Under the pieces are notes generated by a model. That model saw only the letters and a list, made by a program, of their open reading frames with translations. It searched no databases and was not told the DNA's origin. DNA of 64,000 nt from an uncultured Selenomonas sp. Its GTDB lineage: Bacteria; Bacillota; Negativicutes; Selenomonadales; Selenomonadaceae. Positions 17,735 through 27,985 of the stretch are shown here, one piece after another. The translations under genes were made by a program, and so were the position numbers. The DNA lies in the NCBI GenBank assembly GCA_902766095.1, contig CACXCN010000043.1, positions 70-64,069 of the forward strand, given 5' to 3'. Position 1 is the stretch's first letter; every line of letters starts with the position of its first letter.

Positions 17735-20700
17735 TCAGACTGCGGCCGTAGCATCTTTCTTGCCGGTGTCGTGCAGGACATGCATGAGCTGCAGCACATA
17801 GTCCAGCACGTCGCGCTTGTCCGCCTCGCGCAGGACGAAGCGATAGCCGTCTTTGTCGCGCAGCTTGTGCAGGCGGCGGTTGTATTGATGGTCGAGTGCC
17901 AGCAGCACCGGCACCGGCAGCTTGCGGCCCGGCAGCAGCACGAGGTCGATGAAGCGTCCCTCGCCCGTCTCTGCGATGGAGCGCAGGCCGACATCGCGGG
18001 CGTAGTTGCGGATGCGCGCGATATCGAGCAATGCGAGCACGGGCTTCGTCGGCTCGCCGAAGCGGTCCTTCAGCTCCTCATAGAGCGCATCGAGCTCCGC
18101 ATCCGTGCGCAGGGCCGCGATGCGCTGATAGATCTCTATCTTATGCATGGCGTCATCGATATAGCCGCCGTCGATATATGCCTCGACATGGATGTCGATG
18201 AGCGGATCCGGAGCCACCAGCGCGGCTTTCTCGCCCTGCTTGCCGTTCTGGAGGCGCTCGATGGCTTCCTCGAGCAGCTTGCAGTACATCTCGAAGCCGA
18301 CACTCGCGATATGACCGTGCTGCTGCGAGCCTAGCAGGTTGCCGGCACCGCGGATCTCGAGGTCGCGCATGGCGATTTTGAAGCCGGCTCCGAGCTCGGC
18401 GAATTCCTTCATGGCCTGCAGACGCTTCTCCGCCGTCTCCGTCAGCACTTTGTCCGCCTGATAGACGAAATACGCAAAGGCCATGTGATGGGACCGCCCG
18501 ACGCGCCCGCGCATCTGGTAGAGCTGCGACAGTCCGAAATGATCGGCATTATAGACGATGATGGTGTTCGCATTAGCAACGTCGAGGCCGTTCTCGACGA
18601 TGCTCGTCGCGAGCAGGATGTCGTACTCGCCCTCGTAGAAGTCCATCATGACGCGCTCGAGCGCCTCCTCCGGCATCTGGCCGTGGGCAACGCCGATGCG
18701 GGCCTCCGGCACGAGCTGCTGCAGGCGCTCATGCATATGCTCGATGCTGTCGACGCGGTTGTAGACGAAGAACACCTGGCCGCCGCGCTTGATCTCGCGC
18801 TTTATGGCGCCGCGGATGATGGCATCGTTGTTCTCGACGACGTAGGTCTGCACCGGGAATCGCTCGGCCGGTGGCGTCTCGATGATGCTCATATCGCGCG
18901 CCCCGACGAGCGACATGTGCAGCGTGCGCGGGATCGGCGTAGCCGACAGGGTCAGCACGTCGATGCCGGCCGCGAGCTTGCGTATCTTGTCCTTCTGCTT
19001 GACGCCGAAGCGCTGCTCCTCATCGACGATGAGCAGGCCGAGATCCTTGAATTTCACGCGGCGCTGATTCAGTATGGCATGGGTGCCGATGAGGATGTCG
19101 ACCTCGCCGCTCGCGACCTTGGCGAGCGTCTCGCGCTGCTCCTTGGCCGTGCGGAAGCGGCAGATGACATCGACGCGCGGCAGGAAATCCCGGAACCGCT
19201 CGCTGAACGTCTGGAAATGCTGCTGCGCGAGCACGGTCGTCGGCACGAGCACCGCGACCTGCTTGCCATCCATGGCCGCCTTGTAGGCCGCCCGGATGGC
19301 GACCTCGGTCTTGCCGAAGCCGACATCGCCGCACAGCAGGCGGTCCATGGGTTTCGGCTTCTCCATATCGGCCTTGATCTCCGCTATGGCCTTCAGCTGG
19401 TCGTCCGTCTCCTGATACGGGAACGCATCCTCGAACTCGCGCTGCGAGCTGTCATCCGGCGAGAAAGCGAAGCCCTGGGCGTTGCTGCGCTTCGCGTAGA
19501 TCTCGATGAGCTTCTCGGCGATGTCCTCGACCGATTTCCTGGCGCGTGCCTTCGCCTTGGCCCATTCCGTGCTGCCCATGCGATGCAGGCGCGGCACCTC
19601 GCCCTCGGTGCCGATGTATTTCTGCAACTGGCTGACCTGGTCCGTCGGCACGTACAGCTTGTCATCGCCGCCGTATTTGATATGCAGGTAGTCGCGGTGG
19701 ATGCCGCCGACCTCGAGCGTCACGACGCCGAGGTATTTGCCGATGCCGTGATTGATATGGACGACATAGTCGCCCGGCTTGATCTCACGAAAATGGCGGA
19801 TGCGTTCACCGCTCTCCGGCGTCTCGGCGCGGCGCACGGTCCGGCGCTTCTGATGGCCGAAGATATCAGCCTCGGTGATAACGACGGTCTGAGCCCCGAT
19901 AAGCTCGAAGCCGGACGAAAGGCTGCCGACGCCGACGCTGATGAAGCCGGGACGCAGCTCATCGCCATCGGCTATGACGCCCGAGGGCAGCCGGCGTCGG
20001 GCCAGGGCCTCACGCATGTTGTCCGCCTTTGCCTGACTACCGACCATGATGTAGATGCTGAGCTTCTGCCCGAGCCAACGCGTGAGCTCGGCCTCGAGCA
20101 GGTCCATCTGCCGCTGGAACGGCGTCATGCTCGTCGCCGTGATGCTCAGCGTGTCCGTCAGCTCGGCGCCATGAACCTGCTGCAGCATGAGTGTCGCGTA
20201 GAATACGCGGCTGCCGTCCGCCGCTGCTACGAGCTCGTCCCAGGTGAATACCTTGCCCTTGAGCTCCGGCGTCTCCTTCAGCATGGATTTCAGCTCGGAG
20301 CGCAGGCGCGTAGGTTCGTCGAATATAACCGTGCTGCCGCCGTCCGCGCCCTGCAGATACGACAGGAATGGCTCCGCCTGCTGGCTGCTGCCGTCATCAC
20401 CGGCCAGTGGCAGCACCATGAGGCTCTCGATGCTGCGGAGCGAGCGCTTCGTCTCGAGGCTGAACTCGCGCAGCGAGTCGATCTCATCACCGAAATACTC
20501 GATGCGCACCGGCAGCCGGGCATTGATGGCGAATACATCGACGATGCCACCGCGGGCACTGAACTGGCCGACATGCTCGACCTCATCCGCGCGCTCATAG
20601 CCGAGGGCGACGAGCTGGCTGATGAGCGTGTCATGAGCGTACTCCTGCCCCGTGCTGAGCGACAGCGACAGGCGGGCGAATTCCTTGCGGCTCAGGCCCT

Positions 20701-21094
20701 TCTCAGCGGCAGCCCGCGCTGTAGACAGCACGATGGCATCCTCGTGGCGCATGAGCCGCCCGAGGATCTCCATGCGCCGTGCCTGACGCTCGCAGCTGTG
20801 GGCCGTGGCCCCGATCTCGCTGCCGAGCAGATCGCTCTCCGGCAGTACGTAGAGCGGCACGGACGGCAGCAGCGCCGCGAGGTCTGCCTGCCAGGCGGCC
20901 AGCGCCTCCGCTGAGTGCACCAGTATGACCAGCGGTCCCGGATGCTCCTGAGCCGCATAGCCAGCTGCGAATATGGCATATTTCTGTGCGCCGCCCAGTC
21001 CGTAGCTCAGGACTGAGACAGGTCCTCCTGCCATCAGTTCCTGCAGATGCCTTACCGATGCATCCCGGGCCAGCGCCTTGAATAATGAATCCAT
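17735..21094 (-). CDS. mfd: Transcription-repair coupling factor Mfd
   Basis: 1119 aa. Helicase motifs [27 protein letters not shown]-like [14 protein letters not shown]-interaction and TRG regions are present. Confidence 0.95.
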   Translation of the reverse strand: MDSLFKALARDASVRHLQELMAGGPVSVLSYGLGGAQKYAIFAAGYAAQEHPGPLVILVHSAEALAAWQADLAALLPSVPLYVLPESDLLGSEIGATAHSCERQARRMEILGRLMRHEDAIVLSTARAAAEKGLSRKEFARLSLSLSTGQEYAHDTLISQLVALGYERADEVEHVGQFSARGGIVDVFAINARLPVRIEYFGDEIDSLREFSLETKRSLRSIESLMVLPLAGDDGSSQQAEPFLSYLQGADGGSTVIFDEPTRLRSELKSMLKETPELKGKVFTWDELVAAADGSRVFYATLMLQQVHGAELTDTLSITATSMTPFQRQMDLLEAELTRWLGQKLSIYIMVGSQAKADNMREALARRRLPSGVIADGDELRPGFISVGVGSLSSGFELIGAQTVVITEADIFGHQKRRTVRRAETPESGERIRHFREIKPGDYVVHINHGIGKYLGVVTLEVGGIHRDYLHIKYGGDDKLYVPTDQVSQLQKYIGTEGEVPRLHRMGSTEWAKAKARARKSVEDIAEKLIEIYAKRSNAQGFAFSPDDSSQREFEDAFPYQETDDQLKAIAEIKADMEKPKPMDRLLCGDVGFGKTEVAIRAAYKAAMDGKQVAVLVPTTVLAQQHFQTFSERFRDFLPRVDVICRFRTAKEQRETLAKVASGEVDILIGTHAILNQRRVKFKDLGLLIVDEEQRFGVKQKDKIRKLAAGIDVLTLSATPIPRTLHMSLVGARDMSIIETPPAERFPVQTYVVENNDAIIRGAIKREIKRGGQVFFVYNRVDSIEHMHERLQQLVPEARIGVAHGQMPEEALERVMMDFYEGEYDILLATSIVENGLDVANANTIIVYNADHFGLSQLYQMRGRVGRSHHMAFAYFVYQADKVLTETAEKRLQAMKEFAELGAGFKIAMRDLEIRGAGNLLGSQQHGHIASVGFEMYCKLLEEAIERLQNGKQGEKAALVAPDPLIDIHVEAYIDGGYIDDAMHKIEIYQRIAALRTDAELDALYEELKDRFGEPTKPVLALLDIARIRNYARDVGLRSIAETGEGRFIDLVLLPGRKLPVPVLLALDHQYNRRLHKLRDKDGYRFVLREADKRDVLDYVLQLMHVLHDTGKKDATAAV

Positions 21095-21106
21095 GCTTCA
21101 CCTCTG

Positions 21107-21155
21107 AAAAAAACGCCAAAACGGGACTAGCAACGTCCTGCACGTTGTTAGTCCC
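21107..21155 (-). terminator. Hairpin terminator between the zinc-ribbon ORF and mfd
   Basis: Minus strand: GGGACTAACAACGT-GCAGG-ACGTTGCTAGTCCC followed by GTTTTGGCGTTTTTTT. Confidence 0.7.
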
Positions 21156-21219
21156 TTGACATACCATTAATATTCTCCATGATACCCCAGAATCCGGGCT
21201 GCGTCAAGTGCGCAGCCGG

Positions 21220-21846
21220 TCAGGTAGCTGATACCGGCCGCCGCTGCCAGTTGAAATCCATGGCGCTGCCGGGCCGGAGCCGTCGCAGATCGTCAGCCGT
21301 CCGCGCCGGAAGCACGCAGTAACGCGCGCATTCCCGGCACTCGAGCACGATATTGCGCCCGCAGAGCCGGGCGGTGATATCATTGCTGCCGCAAGGGCAT
21401 ATGAGCTCACCGGCTGCTGCCATATCGTGGACCCGGTTCAGGGCCTCCAGCAATATCTGCTGCTCCGCCAGATAGTCCGCACCATCGCCGGGATGGAGCG
21501 AATCGTATTCGGCGGCGTTGAAATCCATGAATTCGGCGATATCCTGCCAACGTCCGATGTAGCCCAGCTCGAACCGGTCATGTTCGCAATACAGTTTCTG
21601 AAAATGCAGGCGTCGCAACTGGTGCCAGGTAAAGTGAAGGCTGCTGTATTCGCCACAAGCACCACAGCGCACGCGTATCTTCAGACCGCGCCGCGGCCTG
21701 ATATACAGCTCGGCAATCGTGCGGCCACAGTTCTCGCATTTCACCTGACAGACGCCCTTGCCGTTGAACAGCGGCACGTCCTGTATATGTATATGACCGC
21801 AGCGCTGACAGTACATGGCCAGCGAGCCGATCGTGTCGATAAGCAT
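21220..21846 (-). CDS. Hypothetical multi-zinc-ribbon protein (CQRC, CENC, CGAC, CPC, CREC motifs) in the fin/yabK position upstream of mfd
   Basis: ATG at 21846 lies 6 nt after GGAGGG. 208 aa with at least five CxxC-type pairs. No family recognised by eye. Confidence 0.6.
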   Translation of the reverse strand: MLIDTIGSLAMYCQRCGHIHIQDVPLFNGKGVCQVKCENCGRTIAELYIRPRRGLKIRVRCGACGEYSSLHFTWHQLRRLHFQKLYCEHDRFELGYIGRWQDIAEFMDFNAAEYDSLHPGDGADYLAEQQILLEALNRVHDMAAAGELICPCGSNDITARLCGRNIVLECRECARYCVLPARTADDLRRLRPGSAMDFNWQRRPVSAT

Positions 21847-21986
21847 TTTCTGCCCTCCTTCTGCGAGACCGCTCCGGGCCGCCACATTCTGGCGCTGCTC
21901 GGCAGCAATCCCTACTTCCGTCTTTCTAAAAATAGATTTCGCCAGTGCTTTTCTATTTTCCTGCCTACGAAAAAATAATCTTTTAG

Positions 21987-22078
21987 ACAAAAAGCCCTCC
22001 CGGAAAGCGATATGTGCCCCCAGGGAAGACAGAAATTAAAACGGTCTTCCGAGAAGAGCATATCGCTGCGGGAGGGCT
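21987..22078 (-). terminator. Long compound hairpin plus U-run, about 20 nt downstream of pyrG
   Basis: Minus strand: outer stem AGCCCUCCCG/CGGGAGGGCU, second stem GCGAUAUG/CAUAUCGC, inner competing hairpins UCUUC-UCG-GAAGA and GGAAGAC...GUCUUCC, then UUUUU. Confidence 0.65.
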
Positions 22079-22097
22079 GAATGCCTATGTGGAGCGA

Positions 22098-23744
<1,647 letters not shown>

Positions 23745-23753
23745 CTACTCTGC

Positions 23754-24104
23754 TCACTCCTGGATGCTCTCAAGTTTCTTCTTTCGATCGCTGGCAGCCT
23801 TGGCCTTGCTGCGGCTTGAGCCGCTCGTGCGGGCCTTCGTGCCATGCGTGCGCTTCACCTCCGGCGGATTCCACTCGGTAAGTCCCCACTGGCCGTTGCC
23901 CTCATAGTGGAAACGGCTGTCCATATTTATGAGCGTGTACACCTCGGAAATGGCGGCAGCCAGCGACTGAACCGGCTTGCGCTTCTTGTCGATGACCTCG
24001 AGCACCAGATCCTTGTAGTACATGGTATCGTGTACCTGTCGCTGCGAAAGGATGTAGTAGGCTACATCAACCTCTGAGCTATGCGAAAAATCCATATCTG
24101 CCAT
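23754..24104 (-). CDS. HARE-HTH protein resembling the RNA polymerase delta subunit N-terminal domain, but with a basic C-terminal tail
   Basis: YTLINMDSRFHYEGNGQWGLTEWNP parallels the delta motif (YTDLNIDGRF...WGLRSWYP). Located directly upstream of pyrG, as rpoE is in Bacillus. The tail KRTHGTKARTSGSSRSKAKAASDRKKK is basic. Confidence 0.65.
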   Translation of the reverse strand: MADMDFSHSSEVDVAYYILSQRQVHDTMYYKDLVLEVIDKKRKPVQSLAAAISEVYTLINMDSRFHYEGNGQWGLTEWNPPEVKRTHGTKARTSGSSRSKAKAASDRKKKLESIQE

Positions 24105-24122
24105 CTGTAAAAAGTCCTCCCA

Positions 24123-25790
24123 TCACATGTGCTCGGGTGCCGAGACACCGAGCAGTCCCAACGCCTGGCGTATCGTCGTACCAGTCACATCGGCCAGCGC
24201 CAGACGCGCGGCAGCGAGCTCCGGCTCGACACCGACGATGCGGCATTTATTGTAAAAGCTATGGAATGCGGCCGCGAGGTCGTAGGCGTAGCGGGCGATG
24301 CGCTGCGGTGCGCGGTCGCGGGCCGCCCGCTCCACTTCCTCGGGATATTCCTCGATCTTCTTGATCAGGGCTACCTCGGTCTCATCGGTCAGCCGCTCGA
24401 GCTCCGGATGATCACCAGCCGTCAGACCATTCTCGCGCGCCTGGCGGTCGATGCTCGCTATGCGGGCATGCGCGTACTGGATGTAGTAGACCGGATTGTC
24501 GTTCGAGCGCTTCTTCGCGAGGTCGAGATCGAAATCGAGCTGGCTGTCGAGCGAGCGCATCAGGAAGAAGTAGCGGGCCGCATCCGTGCCGACTTCGTCG
24601 ATGAGCTCCTCGAGCGATATGGCATTGCCCGTGCGCTTGCTCATCTTGACGAGCTCGCCGCCGCGGAACAGGTTCACCATCTGCAGCAGCTTGATCTCGA
24701 GCTTGGCCGGATCGTGGCCGAGTGCCTGCATGGCCGCCTTGACACGGGCGATGTAGCCGTGATGATCGGCGCCCCAGATATTGATGAGCCGGTCGAAGCC
24801 GCGCTCGTATTTGTTATGATGATAAGCGATATCGGCCGCGAGATAGGTAGGCTCGCCGCTGTCACGGATGACGACGCGGTCCTTATCATCGCCGTAGGCC
24901 GTCGAACGCAGCCAGAGCGCTCCGTCCTTTTCATAGATATCGCCGCTCGCACGGAGCTTCGCGACCGCTGCATTGATTGCATCCGGATGAAGCGTGCGCT
25001 CGCTGAACCAGTTATCGAAATGCACGTGGAATTTCTCGAGGTCCTGCTTCAGTATGGCCAGCTTTTCCTTATAGGCGACTTCCTTGAAGACCTTCAGGCG
25101 CTCCGCCCGCTCCATGGACTCGTACTTGTTCCCGTCATGGTCGATGATATGCTGCGCCGTATCGATGATGTCCTGGCCATGGTAGGAGTTCTCGGGGAGC
25201 TCGTAGTCATCATGGCCGAGCAGCTGCATATAGCGGATCTCGACCGACTCCGCCAGGATATCCATCTGATGGCCGGCATCATTGATATAGTACTCCGCCT
25301 CGACCGGATAGCCGGCCGCGCGCAGGATATTCACGAGTGCCGAGCCGGCCGCAGCCCCGCGGCCATGGCCGACGTGCAGCAGACCAGTCGGGTTCGCGCT
25401 GACGTACTCGACCTGGATGCGCGGTGCCTGCTTCGGCGGCAGGACGCCGTAGTGGTCGCCGGCCGCGATGGCCTGGCGCAGGCCGTCGTAGAGCACATTG
25501 CCCTTCAGATACAGATTCAGGAAGCCCGGCCCGGCGATATCAGCATGATCCAGCCAGTCCCCTGTCAGATGTGCGACAATGGCCTCGGCTATCTGCCGCG
25601 GAGCCTTGTGGAACACGCGCGCCGACTGCATGGCCACGTTCGTGGCGAAATCGCCGAACTTCTTGTCCGGCGGCACCTCGAGCTGCGCGGCCGGCAGCGT
25701 CTCCGTCTCCGGCAGTTCCCCGGCCGCCATGGCAGCCCGAAGCGCCTCGACGATGGCGCTGCTTATGGTTTCTTTGATATCACTAGCCAA
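24123..25790 (-). CDS. argS: Arginine-tRNA ligase
   Basis: HIGH-type LLHVGHGRGAA; KMSK-type VKMSKRTGN; 555 aa. Confidence 0.97.
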   Translation of the reverse strand: MASDIKETISSAIVEALRAAMAAGELPETETLPAAQLEVPPDKKFGDFATNVAMQSARVFHKAPRQIAEAIVAHLTGDWLDHADIAGPGFLNLYLKGNVLYDGLRQAIAAGDHYGVLPPKQAPRIQVEYVSANPTGLLHVGHGRGAAAGSALVNILRAAGYPVEAEYYINDAGHQMDILAESVEIRYMQLLGHDDYELPENSYHGQDIIDTAQHIIDHDGNKYESMERAERLKVFKEVAYKEKLAILKQDLEKFHVHFDNWFSERTLHPDAINAAVAKLRASGDIYEKDGALWLRSTAYGDDKDRVVIRDSGEPTYLAADIAYHHNKYERGFDRLINIWGADHHGYIARVKAAMQALGHDPAKLEIKLLQMVNLFRGGELVKMSKRTGNAISLEELIDEVGTDAARYFFLMRSLDSQLDFDLDLAKKRSNDNPVYYIQYAHARIASIDRQARENGLTAGDHPELERLTDETEVALIKKIEEYPEEVERAARDRAPQRIARYAYDLAAAFHSFYNKCRIVGVEPELAAARLALADVTGTTIRQALGLLGVSAPEHM

Positions 25791-25855
25791 ATCTCTGCCC
25801 CCTGTGTGTTACGTTTTTCTTCTATTATATACCACTTATCGTCTATACGCTTTGA

Positions 25856-26305
25856 TCAATTCAGTCTGTGACGCTCGCCGGGAGCGCAGCTGACCTCGAT
25901 GCGCAGTGTATTGCGGCTCTGATGGCTGCCATTCACCGACATATCATAGCTGAGCTCGATGCTGCCGGTCACTGTGCCATACTCGATGGAGAGGCTTTCC
26001 GTGGCTACGCCGAGCACCAGCGTGCCATACGGCGTGCGATAGCGGCTGCTCGTATGCTGGTTCTGGCAGAAACGCTGCTCGAACTCCACCTCGCCCCGAC
26101 GCAGGAGCGTCATGGCCTGCGGCTCGATCTTCAGCACCGTCGGCGTCGGTGTATCGGTCAGAGAGTCATCATCATAAAGGACATAATGCTGACCATGGCG
26201 ATAATAATGCCGCCCCTCAGCCGTCGTCTCGATGACGTTCTTCTCCCCCAGGCTGTCCGTCTGCGTACCCACCACGTGGATCACGACCTTATCAGGTTCC
26301 GTCAC
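25856..26305 (-). CDS. DUF1934 (YwiB-like) beta-barrel protein
   Basis: 149 aa. Its size and its position directly upstream of argS match ywiB-argS in Bacillus. The sequence is beta-strand-rich. Confidence 0.65.
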   Translation of the reverse strand: MTEPDKVVIHVVGTQTDSLGEKNVIETTAEGRHYYRHGQHYVLYDDDSLTDTPTPTVLKIEPQAMTLLRRGEVEFEQRFCQNQHTSSRYRTPYGTLVLGVATESLSIEYGTVTGSIELSYDMSVNGSHQSRNTLRIEVSCAPGERHRLN

Positions 26306-26596
26306 TGTAGCCCCTCCTCTGAAACAAACTATCCTGCTTTCAGAACATGCCTAGTGTTGTTTCGTGCTATCTAAAGGTTTAACGTTCACATTATACACTG
26401 ATTTTCGATGCGCGTAAAGTTTTTAGTACGTTTTTCAAAGTATGAGCCTGCGAGGAACTTCTTTCTATCCGTCTGCGTATCATCGGGCAAGGTGATTCCG
26501 CCCACGGCTCGATGATATTACTTGTATTTCCGTCTGCACCTATTGCCACACAGTATATCCGACATCGCTTCATAGTATTTCTGATATTTATATAGT

Positions 26597-26640
26597 TTTT
26601 CCGTCATTACTTATATTATAATAGAAGTAATGACGGAAAA
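26597..26640. promoter_or_regulatory. Perfect 16-bp inverted repeat (candidate operator) upstream of the XRE gene
   Basis: TTTTCCGTCATTACTT - ATATTATAATAG - AAGTAATGACGGAAAA. The spacer contains TATAAT (26617-26622). The repeat ends 20 nt before the ATG. Confidence 0.5.
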
Positions 26641-26660
26641 GCACTAAAGAGGTGGTATAT

Positions 26661-27251
26661 ATGAGTATCGGTACGAATATTCGTGATGCCAGAAAAGCGG
26701 CTGGACTGACACAGGTTGAGCTTGCGAAGAAAACCAGCCTATCGCGTTCTTATATCGGTGATATAGAAAAAGATAGATACAATCCAAGTCTGTCCACATT
26801 ACAAGCCATTGCTAAAGCTACCGAAGTTCCCACTGGACTCCTTCTTGGCAGTCCTTCCCCTGTCTACAGCAGCCATGCGCTCATTCGTAAAGGTACCTCC
26901 ACGCCTCACGAGGATGTCATTCCTACCCTCAATGCCCGCGATGCGCATGACATTCAGAAGAAACTCCAGAGCTTGCTCGATGACCTGGATCCAGCAACCG
27001 GTCCTGCGTACTATAACGGCGAAAAGCCGATGGACGACGAAACCCGCGACCTCATCCGCGCCTCACTGGAGAACTCACTGAGGATAGCGAAGCAGATGGC
27101 CAAGACCAGATACACGCCTGAGAAATACCACCAGACGGATGACACCGCTGAACGCATCGGTAAGAAAATACTGGACGCCAGCCCATCGGCACAAAGGGCC
27201 ATCAGCCAGATTATAGACGAAGACAAGAATACTAACAGCAAAGAATCCTAA
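26661..27251 (+). CDS. XRE-family (HTH_3) transcriptional regulator with an uncharacterised ~130-aa C-terminal domain
   Basis: IRDARKAAGLTQVELAKKTSLSRSYIGDIEKDRYNPSLSTLQAIAKA. ATG at 26661 after AAAGAGGTGG. Confidence 0.85.
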   Translation: MSIGTNIRDARKAAGLTQVELAKKTSLSRSYIGDIEKDRYNPSLSTLQAIAKATEVPTGLLLGSPSPVYSSHALIRKGTSTPHEDVIPTLNARDAHDIQKKLQSLLDDLDPATGPAYYNGEKPMDDETRDLIRASLENSLRIAKQMAKTRYTPEKYHQTDDTAERIGKKILDASPSAQRAISQIIDEDKNTNSKES

Positions 27252-27300
27252 ATTCTGTACCAGGTCGAAATTTTTTCCTCGAGAATAAGTCAAAACATCA

Positions 27301-27324
27301 AAACCCGTCGAATTCGACGGGTTT
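27301..27324 (+). terminator. Hairpin after the XRE gene (weak terminator)
   Basis: AAACCCGTCG-AATT-CGACGGGTTT. Only three U residues follow the GC part of the stem. Confidence 0.45.
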
Positions 27325-27342
27325 AAAAAGGAGATTAGAAAT

Positions 27343-27793
27343 ATGCCGAAGATAAACGGGACCATCACTGCGCAGGGCATCCATATACACGCTAAACTTT
27401 CGAGTGATGACAATGACTTCATATCATTGACAGACATTGCGCGATACCGATGCTATCAAGGAACATCTCATCCCGGAGAACCTCCCTGCACGTTACATCA
27501 ATATTACTTATGCGAATGAGGCAGATATCATCAACGTCGCCCTCTTTGGCATGACCGCAAAAGAGTGGCGGGATAAGCATCCGGATGCCAAGGGGAATAT
27601 CCGGGATGCCGCCGGGCTTGTCCAGCTCATCGTTCTCGCCAACCTGGAAAACCTGAATGCCGAATTCATTAAGGCCGGTCTTTCTCAGCCTGAACAATTA
27701 AAGCGTCTTCATGATACTGCTGTTTCCCAGATACGCTCTATTGCCAACACCGCCAGTGTCAAGCGGCTGGAAAAACGTTTTGATAAAGAATAA
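27343..27793 (+). pseudogene. KilA-N domain gene remnant (internal deletion plus frameshift)
   Basis: The N-terminal fragment MPKINGTITAQGIHIHAKLSSDDNDFISLTDIARY (frame of 27343) runs into a stop at 27517. The C-terminal fragment TDAIKEHLIP...NVALFGMTAKEWRDKHPDAKGNIRD (ORF 27437-27793) is in another frame. The KilA-N core between them is missing. Confidence 0.65.
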
Positions 27794-27799
27794 GAACAA

Positions 27800-27848
27800 A
27801 ACCGCGGCCGGTATGATTCCTAATGGAGGAACCATACCGGCCGCGGTT
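27800..27848. other. Perfect 16-bp inverted repeat with a 17-nt loop
   Basis: AACCGCGGCCGGTATG ... CATACCGGCCGCGGTT. There is no clear U-run on either strand. Confidence 0.6.
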
Positions 27849-27985
27849 GCATCTTACTGAATCTATCTGCCGGATTGTTCGATCAGAATGTATATTTCAG
27901 TCCGCCGCGCCAGATCCGGCCGTCAGCGAAAACTGTTGCAGGTTGCAAGAAATTCAACCGAAATTTATTTCTAAAGACAGCGGCC

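Noticed and set aside
25791-26400. T-box leader for argS
   Set aside because: Only 65 nt separate DUF1934 and argS, and no specifier-loop or T-box (AGGGUGGNACC-like) sequence is visible upstream of either gene.
26391-26573. 60-aa minus-strand ORF in the gap upstream of the XRE gene
   Set aside because: No RBS and no recognisable similarity, and it lies in AT-rich, decayed-looking DNA. It could be a gene fragment, but I cannot support that.
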